A stretch of 63,705 bases of DNA, filler included, from Octopus bimaculoides (GCF_001194135.2; 7 parts of 7 records of this genome joined end to end with filler, not necessarily neighbours in it), one strand, 5' to 3'; numbered from the whole stretch's first letter, positions 1 to 11,754 are shown. The notes: a model not told the origin generated them from the letters alone. A program made the numbers and translations.

Positions 1-148
1 GATGTTGACGATGATAATCATGATCAGAATTATGATAATCATCAACTTCATCATCATCATTAGCAGCATCACTATTCCCAATGTCCTCGATAATTATTAT
101 CGCCATCGACAGTATTATTTTTTCTTTGCTTATCATTTATTATTATCA

Positions 149-225
<77 letters not shown>

Positions 226-230
226 TTTGT
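1..230. repeat. (CAT)n/(ATT)n microsatellite
   Basis: Direct: degenerate CAT triplets followed by a pure ATT run. The poly-Leu/poly-Ile ORFs here are artefacts of the repeat. Confidence 0.95.
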
Positions 231-522
231 CATTGTTTTTTTATAGCTTTTAATAATTTCATATTTATTTTTCAGATGAATAATTAAACCAATTATGGAA
301 ATCTGTTTTCGATTTCTGTAATATATTTCATTCCAAAATTCCAATGTCGATCTGACCTGACCTGACCTGGCATCGCCATGAGGTCATCTATACCCAGTTT
401 TCGAATACGTTTAACCAACTAACAAATTTTAGCGCCCATAGTTCCTGTTTGTTATACGCATCGATATTAAGATATGGCTTTGAAATTTCTGTCTGTGTGG
501 ATTTCGTCTCCTTTTGCTGTTA

Positions 523-686
523 AGTGGGTGACCTTGCAGAATCGTTGCCTCGCCGGATCATAAGCTTAGTCGCATTCCTTACCATTCTACGTTCTGAGTT
601 CAAATCATGCTGAAGTCATCTTTTCGATTTATCTTTTCGAATCCAACAAAATAATGTACCAGTCAACTAGTGGAGTCAATGGAATT
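523..686 (+). mobile_element. SINE family A, degenerate copy
   Basis: A-box-like TTGCAGAATCG, B-box-like GTTCTGAGTTCAAATC and central ...TTTATCTTTTCGAATCCAACAAAATAATGTACCAG; aligns by eye to the young copy at 1760-1989. Confidence 0.75.
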
Positions 687-715
687 AATATGGTTAACAG
701 GAAGATTTCAATGTT

Positions 716-800
716 CGGTTTCAAATTTTGGCACGAGTCCAGCAATTTTGGTTGAGCTGTAAGTCGATTACATCAACCCTCGTACTCACCTGGTATTATG
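716..800 (-). mobile_element. SINE family A, 3' fragment (tail type 2)
   Basis: TTCAAATTTTGGCACGAGTCCAGCAATTTT...AAGTCGATTACATCAACCC is the reverse complement of the tail of the copy at 817-1027. Confidence 0.65.
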
Positions 801-816
801 GTGAAATTTGAAGCGA

Positions 817-1027
817 AAGGCGGTGAACTGGCAGAAATGGAAACACATTGGCCAAAATTCTAAGCGATACATCTTTCAGCATTTCACTCTTGAATTCTAC
901 CAAGGTTAGCTTTGCCATTTATCCTTTCGAGGCCGACAAAATAAAGTACCAGTTAGGAACTGGGTTCGATGTGGACGACTTGCCCACCTCTGTCAAAATG
1001 GCTGCCTTTGCGCCAAAATTTTAAACC
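817..1027 (+). mobile_element. SINE family A (tail type 2)
   Basis: GGCGGTGAACTGGCAGAA head, TTTGCCATTTATCCTTTCGAGGCCGACAAAATAAAGTACCAG centre, GCCTTTGCGCCAAAATTTTAAACC tail. Confidence 0.8.
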
Positions 1028-1223
1028 GAACGGAGCAAGCCAGCAGAATCGTTGGCGTCTTGGACTTGTACAAGAATTCGAAACAGCTATTTTTATTGCT
1101 TATAAACTTTAGCTAATATGACCATTTTGTATTTTCGTGAATTGTCACTGATATCCTTTATTCAGAAGCGGGTGAGAATTACTGTGTGATTTCAGGAAGA
1201 CTACGCTGCGCTTTCTAGATGGC

Positions 1224-1322
1224 GTGTGGCGTAGTGTGTGTGGGATGTGGCGTAGTGTGTCTGAGGTGTGGCCTAATGTGCCTGGGGTTTGACCTACCGT
1301 ACTTGGGGTGTGGCATAGTGTG
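1224..1322 (+). repeat. 21-bp minisatellite (about 4.7 units) built on a SINE A-box motif
   Basis: Units start at 1224, 1245, 1266, 1287 and 1308; consensus about GTGTGGCGTAGTGTGYCTGGG. Confidence 0.85.
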
Positions 1323-1450
1323 AATATTTAAGCCGTAGATGTTAAGGATTGTGCATTCGTGACACTTAGAACCTGGTTTTGATACTCGGAGCGAGTGGCG
1401 TGTTGTGTTGTAGAGTAAAACACTTTATTTCACAATCAATTCAGCAGTGA
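1308..1450 (+). mobile_element. CORE-type SINE family C, degenerate
   Basis: GGTTTTGATACTCGGAGCGAGTGGCGTGTTGTGTTGTAGAGTAAAACACTTTATTTCAC aligns with the head and CORE region of the copy at 3289-3630. Confidence 0.65.
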
Positions 1451-1759
1451 ATAGTTTGCATCCCTAACTTGGGATTTAATTACGATAGATCGTCGTCCCT
1501 TTTAAATACACGCTAAAGAAAGTGGGTTAAGTGCCCGTCTTATGTCCTAGGAATAATGATAGATCTAAGCTAAACTAAGCAAGTCAAATTAGTTTGCACC
1601 TGCTAGCTTATTATCTAAATTCGCCTTCGCGTTCTTCATTGTTGTTCGTTCGGTATAGATTATTCCTTCCTGAACAGAACAATAATAAAATGTTTTCTAT
1701 CCATGACTACACCATCGAGCTCTCGGGAAAATGCACCTAGTACTATATTATATGTGTTA

Positions 1760-1989
1760 TTTCTTTACTACCCACAAGGGGCTACACACAGAGGGGACAA
1801 ACAAGGACAGACAAACAGATTAAATCGAATATATCGACCCCAGTGCGTAACTGGTACTTATTTAATCGACCCCGAAAGGATGAAAGGCAAAGTCGACCTC
1901 GGCGGAATTTGAACTCAGAACGTAGCGGGCAGACGAAATACCGCTAAGCATTTCGCCCGGTGTGCTAACGGTTCTGCCAGCTCGCCGCC
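1760..1989 (-). mobile_element. SINE family A, full-length young copy (tail type 1)
   Basis: Minus strand GGCGGCGAGCTGGCAGAACCG (A box) ... GTTCTGAGTTCAAATTCC (B box) ... GTCGACTTTGCCTTTCATCCTTTCGGGGTCGATTAAATAAGTACCAG; CpGs retained. Confidence 0.92.
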
Positions 1990-2014
1990 ATGTTATATGT
2001 GTACATCTGTTTTA

Positions 2015-2386
2015 ATTTATCTTTTACTTGTTTCAGTCATTTGATTGCGGCCATGCTGTGGCAACGCCTTGAAGGACATTTAGTCGGATGACTCGACTCC
2101 AGTACTTTTGTTTTTGTAAAGTTTCGTACTTAAGCAATCGGCTGCTTGTTGCCGATGTGCTAAGTTACAGGACGTAAACACACCAACGCCTGATTTCAAG
2201 CGGTGGCAAAAATAGGCACAAAGTCGCACACACACACACATACACAAATATGAGGTCTTCTTCCAGTTTCCGTCTACCAAATTCAGTCGCAAGGCTTTGA
2301 TCGGTCCGAGACGCAATGGGACCTGAACCTGGGGTAACGCAATGGGACCTGAACCTGGAACCATGTGGTTGGGAAGGAAGCTTCCG
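2015..2386 (-). mobile_element. SINE family B, with duplicated B-box segment
   Basis: Matches the copy at 31775-32200; internal (CA)n; 22-nt direct repeat ACGCAATGGGACCTGAACCTGG at 2311 and 2337. Confidence 0.88.
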
Positions 2387-2669
2387 ATTTGTGGAAAAAA
2401 ATTAAGGAGTGTTAGTTTTCGTGGTATTTGACTGCTATTACTGGCTGATCGAATGGTGTTGTAATGTTGTGCTTCTTTTCTAAACACACTTAGCATCAAG
2501 TAGTATATAAAAGTGAGTTTATATGAATATAACGATTTCGTTCACAAGCTTTCTTTAAAACTACTAGACATAAAAGTGTAGCCAAATTCTTCTAATGCGT
2601 TATTGGTCATCTTAACGCAAAAATAAGATACACTAATACAAATAAAACAACACCGTCTGTTGGTCTTTG

Positions 2670-3097
2670 GATAGTTAAACCATCATCTATATTTACGAAG
2701 TGATCTGCTAGATTATGGTGTGTAGAATGTCAGCATGTATAGTTAGAGAATCAGCCTCGCAAACATGTGCTTACAAGAGTTCCACGGAGTCCGAGTTAAG
2801 CAATGTATCTCCAGTATTCAAATTGCTACATAATCGAGTCACCCGATGCTCCGTGGAAATCAGGAAAGAACTAATCTGATAGTTAAACCAACATCTATAT
2901 TAACAAAGTGATCTGTTAGGGTATGATGTCTAGAGTGTAAGCATGACTTGCGTAGTTAGAGAGCCAGTTTCGCAAATATGTGCTTAGAAGTGTTCTATGG
3001 AGTGTGAGTTAAGCAATTTTTTTTTCTTCAGTATTCAAATTGCTACATAACCGAGCCACTCGTTGCTCCGTAGTGATAGAAGAAAAACTAATCTGAT
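2670..3097. repeat. Diverged tandem duplication, about 208-bp unit x2
   Basis: GATAGTTAAACCA..ATCTATAT starts at 2670 and 2878; shared CAGTATTCAAATTGCTACATAA and ACTAATCTGAT. Confidence 0.9.
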
Positions 3098-3288
3098 TTA
3101 AGCTTCATTTCCTAAATGAAATACAAAAAGTTTTGAGGAGGTTTTAACCGTCGTTTTTTGTAGGACAAGCGATCCTGTAGCTATGTCGATAGTAGTTATA
3201 AACATGTTTATCAATCAGCCACAGCTAAAGCAATTACACAGCGGTAATATTACAAGAGAGATCAATGGGAAATTTTGTCTTCTTATAA

Positions 3289-3630
3289 AGTAAAGGATTA
3301 AGACCCCCTTCGGTCATGAATAACCATGGGATTCATCAGGAAAGTTAACTTTCGAGGCACAAGCTCGGCAAGTTTCTTGATGGAAGACTAAGAGTCGTCC
3401 ATGCATACCAGCCTCCCCTTCTCATAACCCCCGATGTTACTCAAGGGAAAGGAAAAGGCCGATACAATTTGGGACCGCTGTTATCTCAACTCATTTCTAC
3501 AGCTGAGTGAACTGGAGCAACGTGAAATAAAATGTCTTGCTCAAGAACACAATACGCAGCCCGGTTCGGAAATCGAAACCACTACCTCATGAGTTTGAAC
3601 CTGGCGCTCTAACCTCTGAGCCATGCGCCA
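3289..3630 (-). mobile_element. CORE-SINE family C, full length
   Basis: Minus strand tRNA head TGGCGCATGGCTCAGAGGTTAGAGC...GGTTTCGATTTCC, then GTGTTCTTGAGCAAGACATTTTATTTCACGTTGCTCCAGTTCACTCAGCTGTAGAAATGAG, which aligns with the MIR/CORE consensus; probable TSD TTGTYTTCTTATAA at about 3275 and 3636. Confidence 0.88.
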
Positions 3631-3736
3631 TTACATTGTTTTCTTATAAGAAACCTAAAATATATTGCAATCTAAAAGCAATTTCAACACTGGAGTATAA
3701 GCAGACAAAAAAGTTTTTATATTATATTGTAGACAA

Positions 3737-3835
3737 GGTGCCGAGTTGGCAGAAACGTTAGCATGCCGGGCAAGGTGTTTAGCAGAACGTAATCAGTCGT
3801 TATGTTCTGAGGTGTTCTGAGTTCTAATGCTACTT
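3737..3835 (+). mobile_element. SINE family A head fragment
   Basis: GCCGAGTTGGCAGAAACGTTAGCATGCCGGGC ... GTTCTGAG (duplicated). Confidence 0.75.
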
Positions 3836-4032
3836 TCAGAAAAGTTTGACTGCTAGTTTAAGTAAATCGTAAAAAAAGCTAGAGGCTCTCGAACCGATTT
3901 GGAAAATTTGAGAGCTACTTTCTTATGTATATTAATGATGGGTTTGGCCTTGGAAAGTGTCATGCGGAAATCTGACTATTCTCTATATATTAATATTTTG
4001 TTAACTTACAGAAGCAGAAACAGATACGCATA

Positions 4033-4093
4033 ATGAAGACATATTTTGCGTCACTCATTATGTTTTGTGTCATTTCTTAAGTTTTGTGTAATG
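4033..4093 (+). pseudogene. Candidate exon encoding a signal peptide, interrupted by TAA (MKTYFASLIMFCVIS*VLCN)
   Basis: Acceptor ttttgttaacttacag ending at 4011; ATG at 4033; hydrophobic core; TAA at 4078-4080; donor G|GTATCA at 4094. Confidence 0.3.
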
Positions 4094-4578
4094 GTATCAC
4101 AGAAATGACTGATCGGTAATCGAACGTAGTTGCCATACATTACACAGCTGAAGAGTATAAATACTTTACTTCCCTCACCAACTCATGGTCCTGTAATAAT
4201 TTTGCTTTTAATTTCCCAAAAGGCAATTTATTTTTTAGTGGGACTTAGGACATTGTGTGACGTTACTTCTTTTGTATAGGCTACAACTGGTGAAATTAAA
4301 ATGGACTAATCTTTAACTTGACATCATAGCATTCCTTAAACTTGAATCTCTAAGGATTTATAGCTTTTCCTTGCCGAGTCTGACTACGACAACTTGCTGT
4401 GTGGTTTAAAATCAGCGAAAATGAAATGTTAAACAAATATGCACAAAATTAATCTCTTTTACCCTGAAGGCTGAAGGGCATCATATTTATTATATGTTTA
4501 GTTTTATGTACAAATATAAAAAAAGTTCATAAAAATACAACAGTAGCGCCTAAAATTTCTTCATTTTTCTTCAACGAG

Positions 4579-4612
4579 AGATTGTGAAGTCAGCTGTGCA
4601 CCTCAATGAGAG
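4579..4612 (+). CDS. Candidate 34-nt internal exon (E)IVKSAVHLNE(R)
   Basis: Branch-like CCTAAA plus pyrimidine tract plus AG; donor AG|GTTCGT; phase 1 to 2 fits the flanking candidate exons. Confidence 0.25.
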
Positions 4613-7600
4613 GTTCGTAAATGTTACAGTATTTTATCTGCTAACAGCAGCAGTGAACTATAACATCCATACATATCTACTTACAATCCGCCTATAACAA
4701 AACACGAACAGTCGAGCCCTCGGCTACTCGTTCAGAGCTCAGTCAACACAACCATCTGCTTTATATAAAATGATGAAAAATATAGAAAAAAAAACCGTAC
4801 AATCAAAATGAATAAATAGCAATTATAAAGAAAGTCAAGCAAAATTCTTTCGACAAGATTACAAACTTAGGTCTCCATATGTCAATAAACTGATTCAACA
4901 CTCATACAACACTTTCAGGTCATCGCGAGAAAACTATAGAAATACATAAATATACGCACCATCATGTACATATTTGCATTTTGTTTGTTTTCTTCCATTC
5001 TTTGTGCTAGGTTATTATGACATCACCACTTGAATAAAGACAGCACACTTGTCAATTGTAATACTTCCACTTTCAACTTTCACCTATTTGTCTTCTTTTC
5101 TAACCTCTCTTTGTCTCCCTCAATGAGTGTTCTCTTTCTATCACTCACACGCGTACACACACACACACACGCACACTCACACGCACACGTACACACAATC
5201 TATCACCCCAACGCACGTCTAATTCAAAATATGACCAATAAGAGGGAGGATCAGTTGCATCGATTAAACTGTTTGACATGCTTCTATAGATAATGAGAGT
5301 GGCAAATATTCACGTTATGGCTTGGGGAATTGGGAATATTGCATCTGTAGTAAAGCTGACAGGATGAACTTGTAGAAACTTCAGCCGAACGGACTTAAAG
5401 ATTTTTCCAGAAGTGACTCATATATATAAAAGTCATCAATAATTAGGGAGTCTGGCGAAATTTGCAAGTGGAGAAAGAGAAGGGAAAAAATGTGAGAAAA
5501 AAAGCGAAAAACAAACAAACAAACGCACTAATACGCACATATTGAAACACATATGCACACAAACATATATATGTGTGTGTGTATGTATGTCTATCTATCA
5601 ATATATATATCTAGTGCATTTACATGTAGAAATGTTACTCATTTTTCGTTATTCACTTAGAATATTTATGAATACAAAATTGCATACTCACACACGTATA
5701 TACGGAACAAAAGACATTCCGAACACATACACCGCTCACACACTTGAATATATTGATGTAATAAGATAAGAGTCCTTCATTTATACAATATTAATTAAAT
5801 GAAGTATCGAAAATTCTAATTATGTTCTTGCATTTTGTTTTTAATATTTTCATATTTTTTTAATAACGAATTGTTAATATTAAAACTGAAACAAATAAAT
5901 ATGCAAAGCAATGTGTAGTAATAATATGGTTATTCATTTAGTGGTTCCCTATTTAATATCTTTATGTAATTGTAACCACGGGTGTCACACACTAACACGA
6001 TAACAAGGGGTAAAAAGTAGACATAAAAGTGGTCAAGAAGATGCTAGAAATAAAAATCAATTTTGAAATAAAATCACACGTTCCCTATGTTAAATATGGA
6101 GGAGAAACTAGAGGTAGTGCTTTTAGATCAAAATTTGTTGGTCACTGTTACTAGAAAGCCTTTGAGTATAGATTTCGACACCTGCGCTGACCTGGGGCCG
6201 AATAATGCTAAAAGCAACAATGATAATAAAAACAAAGACTACATTTTACACTGTGCATAAGACAGATACCGGGTACTACAACTAAATATGTCACAGATAA
6301 GTATTGCAACAAAAGTTATTGCAACAAATCCTGAATATTAAAGAGGATAATATTGTAACAAACCACGATTATTATCAATCAGTACGTCGACGAGAGTTAT
6401 AAGTGAATGGCAATATGAAAAATAATAGCAAGGTTATATCAAAATATAGAGGATCACAGTCTTGCAGCTTCTTAAGTGTGTTTTAAGCCAAAGGACTAAT
6501 ATACCCGAAGCTCAGGAGCCATATAAATCCTGGTCGTATGGCGCATAATTGAATTAGTTTTAGTGGACTGGACCTTTTAAAATACGTTCAACCTTCCCTA
6601 CAGTACCAAGAACACAACAAGTAAAATGATATATATATATATATATACACACATATGGGGAAAATAAGGCTTAAACATAAGTTTATAATATTAAAAGTGC
6701 CCACGACAGCACGCGTTTCACCTATATGGTTGTTTGGAGTTCTACGATAGATGTTCCAAATGCATGTTCGGTGACAACGGATTCTCAAGGAGCACACACA
6801 CGCACAGACACACACACACTCACATACACACACAAACAAAATAAATCTATGTATGAATATATATTCATTTATTTAGACACACACACACCAACACACCCAC
6901 AAACACCCCCCCCCCACACACATATATATATATATATATATATGCGTACATGTATGCATATACCTACACACATACATAGAAGTGTGCGTATGATTTAAGC
7001 TTATATTGGTGCTGACGAAGTACATTGTTATTTGCATTTTACTTTCCCAATTTTGATTCAATAAATTCGAAGTGATTTTACTTGACGCTATTCTGCAATG
7101 GATCGAATGTGTACCAACTTAAACTGGGGTAGATAACAAAATTAAAATGAAAAAAATTTTAATTACAGAAAAATCAACAACTGAACATAAACAACGTTAT
7201 GCATCTATGACTGAAAATACGATTTATGATTGTATTCTAAATATAAAAGGATATATTTTTTTTTATTTACTTGTAAAGTTCATTGAGGAAGGTTAAGTAT
7301 CGGTCAAAAATTAAGATTGGTGATAAGTTTTCCAGCATAATACCTTGCAAAAATAATAATGGTATTTGAGCTTGTTGTTCTTCTCAACAAGAGAGAGCCT
7401 GTTAGTTTTAATACAGTCATGCGCAGTTAAAGCTACGGAAAGAGGGTGCTGAACCGAAGTATTTGCTAGATGCAGACTTAAACTGGATGATAGAACTTTG
7501 GATTATATCGACCACAGAATATGACTGTTTTTTTTTTTTTTGATAACAGTGAGACTGGATCTAACTTCTAAGTTACTACTTAAGCACCTGTTCTTCATTC

Positions 7601-7620
7601 CTAAATTCCCCCGTTCTCAG

Positions 7621-7744
7621 GAATTCAATCCATTCTAATGACTTTCACCCAGGTGTTGGATGGCGAGGCTTCAAAAGAATGAACTGCAAGCACAAGAAAA
7701 CTATCATTCCGCCAGAACTCGCTAGTAATTATAAAAGAAACTAA
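7621..7744 (+). CDS. Candidate terminal exon (R)NSIHSNDFHPGVGWRGFKRMNCKHKKTIIPPELASNYKRN*
   Basis: Strong acceptor cattcctaaattcccccgttctcag; 40 open codons to TAA at 7742-7744. Confidence 0.3.
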
Positions 7745-8175
7745 ATAACTTAAGCATTGTATCCAATTTCCAAACGATTCCCCTCATGAACTGGCTATTT
7801 ATGAACACTTGTGTTATATAAGTTTACTTAGTACAGAAATTACAAATCTCATAAGGTATTTCACTAAATCATAACCAACTGAACTATCACAACCGAGTGA
7901 CACGAGTATCACATAAATATAAAGTCATTACCTAGGATTTCAAATTTTGATGATAGGAAAAGAAAAATGTTGAAAACGTCTCAATCGTTTTATAGAACTA
8001 CGTCTTAAAACTAAATTATCAACACTTAGAGTTGGAATCAATACAAAATATTTGATAATGCCTTCTTTTTATCAATATAGGCAATACATGTGTGCGTGAG
8101 TTTGTGTGTGGCTGCGCTTATACATGGACACACATACATAATACTTACATACATATATACATACATATATATATG

Positions 8176-8206
<31 letters not shown>

Positions 8207-8566
8207 GTATATATATTTACACAAATACACATATATTAATACTTAAACGTAAAAATAGATGTTAATATGGTTGTATACGTTGAATATACATATATATGTG
8301 TATATGCAAGGACGTGTCTGTTACTTAGAGTCTGTATACCCGTGTATATATAAATATAAGTATGTATCTCTCTGTCTGTCTCTCTCTCTCTCACTCTCAC
8401 TCTCTCTCATACACTCACTCATACTGGCAAATAGAAATACACCAAGTTTTCATGAATATGCATATACGATATTACAGGGAAAAATATATTTATATATTCC
8501 GATTTCTGTAAAAACATATGTAACCACGGATGTACACACACTCACACGCGCGCGCACACACACAAA

Positions 8567-8610
<44 letters not shown>

Positions 8611-8879
8611 TAGATATACATATGTGTGTGTACATATATAATTTTAAAAATTGTTAGATGTATCTTTTAAGTTGGATGTTATACATTCGATTTCAACATA
8701 GAAATGTTCACACATTGAAATTTTCGTTTAAAAGGAAAAAAAGAAATATATTTGTAAAATAAATATTTACAATTTTCTTAACACCTTGTCTCAATAATAT
8801 ATCGAAATTTTGAAGACGCACTGAAGATGGAAAGGACAGAAATTCCGTGGATATATAGAAGTTATGTAAAGAGAAAGAG

Positions 8880-9375
8880 CCAATGAGATGAATTTCTACT
8901 TATATACATAGGCACATGTATGTATGTATGTATGTATGAATGTATGTATGAATTCTTGTATGTACGTTTGTATGTATTTGTACGTATTTATGTATGCCCG
9001 TATGTATATATGTATATACTTATGTATATATGTACGTATGTATGTAAATATGTGTTTATGTTTGTATTCATGCATGCATGTTTGTATGTATGTATGGGTG
9101 TAGGCATGTATGTATGAATATATGTATGAATTCATGTATGCTTGTATTTATGTATGCATGTACGTACGTATGCATTTATGTATGTTTTTATGTATGCATG
9201 TATGTATGTGTGTATCTATGTTTGTATGTATTTAGGTATGTATGTATTCATGTATGTATGCAACTATTTCTGTTTGTCTTTATGTACGTATGTATTTAGG
9301 TATGTATGTATGCACGTATGTATATATTCATATATATATATATGTACGTACGTGTGTACGTAAGTATGTATGTAT
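8880..9375. repeat. Degenerate (TATG)n satellite
   Basis: Direct; explains the MYVC/HTYI ORFs. Confidence 0.95.
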
Positions 9376-9393
9376 TTACCGTTGCTTATAAAT

Positions 9394-9555
9394 GCAGTCG
9401 TGGTTGTGTGGTAAGAAATTGGTTCTCAGCAAACTAGGTTCCAGGTTCAGTCCCACTGTACTGCACCTTGTGCTATTTTTTCTGCTATTACACTTGGATA
9501 AAGCCTTGTGAGTAGAATCCGGTATGCGGAAGCTGAAAGAAGCCGGACGTATATT
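9394..9555 (+). mobile_element. SINE family B, 5' half
   Basis: GTGGTTGTGTGGTAAGAA...GGTTCAGTCCCACTG...AAAGCCTTGTGAGT...CTGAAAGAAGCC. Confidence 0.85.
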
Positions 9556-9584
9556 TATATAAATATATATGTATATATTTATAG

Positions 9585-9700
9585 TTGCCAACAAGATATG
9601 GCGGTCCCATAGAGGACGATGCCTTTGTCGTTTTAGCCCCACGAGGACATTTCCTTCAGCTGGCTAACGACACACTGTCTGTGCCCGATTAATATTTGCG
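9585..9700. mobile_element. Partial second copy of the MITE at 9882-10162, opposite orientation
   Basis: 9660-9700 is the reverse complement of 9991-10031 (39/41); TGGCGGTCCCATAGAGGACGATGC matches the inner TIR. Confidence 0.7.
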
Positions 9701-9881
9701 GAGGAAATCATCGTTCCCAACTCTAGCTGTATGTGATAGACACAGACCCAGGTTTCTGGGTAGTAACCCATCATCGGTATGTGATAACGACGAGCTAGTT
9801 ATGAAATCTCATTTCACACGTAAAATTCTACATGCTTTATCCAATGACAAACTGTCGCTGATCTTGAAAAAGGAGATATAA

Positions 9882-10162
9882 GCATTATTAAATCTCTGAG
9901 CCAGAAGTAAACAGTAGCAGTATAGAATCTTAAAATATACTTGCGAACTAGACGTAGCCGTCGCATAGAGGACGATGCTACTGTTGTTTTCGCAAATACT
10001 AATCGGACACAGACAGTGTGTCGTTAGCCAGGTGGAGATGAAACTGAAAACTGAAAACAAGAAGAGCATCGTCGTCTAAGGGACCGCCACACCTAGTTTG
10101 CAATTATATTTTACGATTCCTTACTGCTACTGTTTACTTCTCGCTCAGATATTTAATATTGC
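9882..10162. mobile_element. MITE-like element with about 110-bp imperfect terminal inverted repeats
   Basis: 9882-9990 and about 10050-10162 are reverse complements (GAGAAGTAAACAGTAGCAGTA core); TA-rich flanks. Confidence 0.75.
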
Positions 10163-10201
<39 letters not shown>

Positions 10202-10591
10202 NNNNNNNNNNNNNNNNNNNNNNNNNNNNNNNNNNNNNNNNNNNNNNNNNNNNNNNNNNNNNNNNNNNNNNNNNNNNNNNNNNNNNNNNNNNNNNNNNNN
10301 NNNNNNNNNNNNNNNNNNNNNNNNNNNNNNNNNNNNNNNNNNNNNNNNNNNNNNNNNNNNNNNNNNNNNNNNNNNNNNNNNNNNNNNNNNNNNNNNNNNN
10401 NNNNNNNNNNNNNAGAGAGAGAGAGAGAGAACAACAATTATTGAATTCATCCATGAAAATTGTAAAGACGGCACCGAACTGCTAAGCAGTTCATTGCGTT
10501 GTCTACAATGTTTTAGCGAACACCGGTGAGGAATGACAGATTTGACATCGGTGTTATTGGATCTGATAAGGAAAATTGCCGGTGGAAATAT

Positions 10592-10804
10592 CCTTTTCAA
10601 AGTTTGGCACAATGATAATAAATTTGGGGGGAGGGCGGTAAGACGATTATATTGACCCGCTTATCAGCTAGTGCATATTTTATCGACCTGAAAGAATGAA
10701 ATGCAGAGTCAATCTCTGCGGAATTTGAACTCATAACGTAAATACGGGAGAAATGCCGCTAAGGAATTAGCCCGACTTGCTTACGATTTTTTCAGTTGAT
10801 TGCC
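10592..10804 (-). mobile_element. SINE family A (tail type 2)
   Basis: TTTTATCGACCTGAAAGAATGAAATGCAGAGTCAATCTCTGCGGAATTTGAACTC. Confidence 0.8.
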
Positions 10805-10829
10805 TAAGAACCGGAATAAATTTTGCTCT

Positions 10830-11034
10830 CGACTTTTGATTCAAAGCCAAGAATATCAGGGAAACGGGTAAGCCGACTGCACAACTCCAGTGTTCAAAAG
10901 ATTTTTTTTTTATCGACCCCGAAAGGATGTAAGGCAAAATCAACCTCGGCAGAATTTGAACTCAGAGCGTAAAGGAGAACGAAAGGCCGCTAAGCATTTT
11001 GTTTGCTGCACTATCGATTCTGCCAGTCCACCGA
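10830..11034 (-). mobile_element. SINE family A
   Basis: TTTATCGACCCCGAAAGGATGTAAGGCAAAATCAACCTCGGCAGAATTTGAACTCAG...GATTCTGCCAG. Confidence 0.82.
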
Positions 11035-11304
11035 CTCACAGACGGAGAAGTATTACAAAGCATGTCTCCGATGCATTAAGCGAGTTTGCCCACTCGCAAA
11101 TTATGAGACGCTGTGAAAAATGTGGAAAGTAAAACAGAATAACTGTAATAGTAAAAATAGTATCAACAACAGCGGCAGGCGCAACTAGAACAGTTAAAAT
11201 CACCATAACATTAACTGCAAGAAATATCATGAACTAACTAAACTAGTTGAGTTGTAACCACTATTGTTTCTACCTAATATTGATAACTAAAGAAAGACGA
11301 AGGT

Positions 11305-11490
11305 GACGGTATTTCGTTTGCTGTTACTTTCTGAGTTCAAATTCCGCCGAGGTCGACTTTGCCTTTCATCCTTTCGCGGTCGATAAATTAAGTACCAGTT
11401 ACGCACTGGGTTCGATGTAATTGACTTAATCCCTTTGTTTGTCCTTGTTTGTCCCCTCTATGTTTAGCCCCTTGTGGGAAATAAAGAAAT
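11305..11490 (+). mobile_element. SINE family A, 5'-truncated young copy (tail type 1)
   Basis: Near-identical to the reverse complement of 1760-1950; ends TTTAGCCCCTTGTGGGAAATAAAGAAAT. Confidence 0.9.
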
Positions 11491-11519
11491 CAGAATCCCT
11501 AATAATCCGAGAAAAAATT

Positions 11520-11715
11520 CATAGCGTCATTTCGCTCGTCTTTATTTTCTGAGTTCTACGTCTGCCGAGGTCTAGTGTCATCCTATAGTAGTAGTTAAGA
11601 TAAGTACCAGTTGAGCACCGGGGATTATAACAGATCCAGTGAAACACAGCGGTTACTGTAATCGACTTACTCCCTGCCCCCAAATTTCAGGCTTTGTGCC
11701 TATAGTAAAAAGGAT
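11520..11715 (+). mobile_element. SINE family A (tail type 3)
   Basis: TTCTGAGTTC...CTGCCGAGGTC...TAAGTACCAGTTGAGCAC...GTAATCGACTTACTCCCTGCCCCCAAATTTCAGGCTTTGTGCCTATAGTA. Confidence 0.75.
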
Positions 11716-11754
11716 AATAATAATAATTATAATAATAATAATAATTGTTATTAT

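Noticed and set aside
1760-3630. tRNA genes suggested by A/B boxes
   Set aside because: The heads continue into SINE bodies and no complete cloverleaf is evident.
4685-4768. Minus-strand TATA box plus short exon ending in GTAAGT
   Set aside because: TATA-like motifs are common in this AT-rich DNA, there is no downstream exon chain, and it conflicts with the better supported plus-strand candidate.
8815-8865. CTGAAGA...GAAA hammerhead-like motif
   Set aside because: Stem I cannot form (GACGCA versus TATAG) and stem II is only 2 bp.
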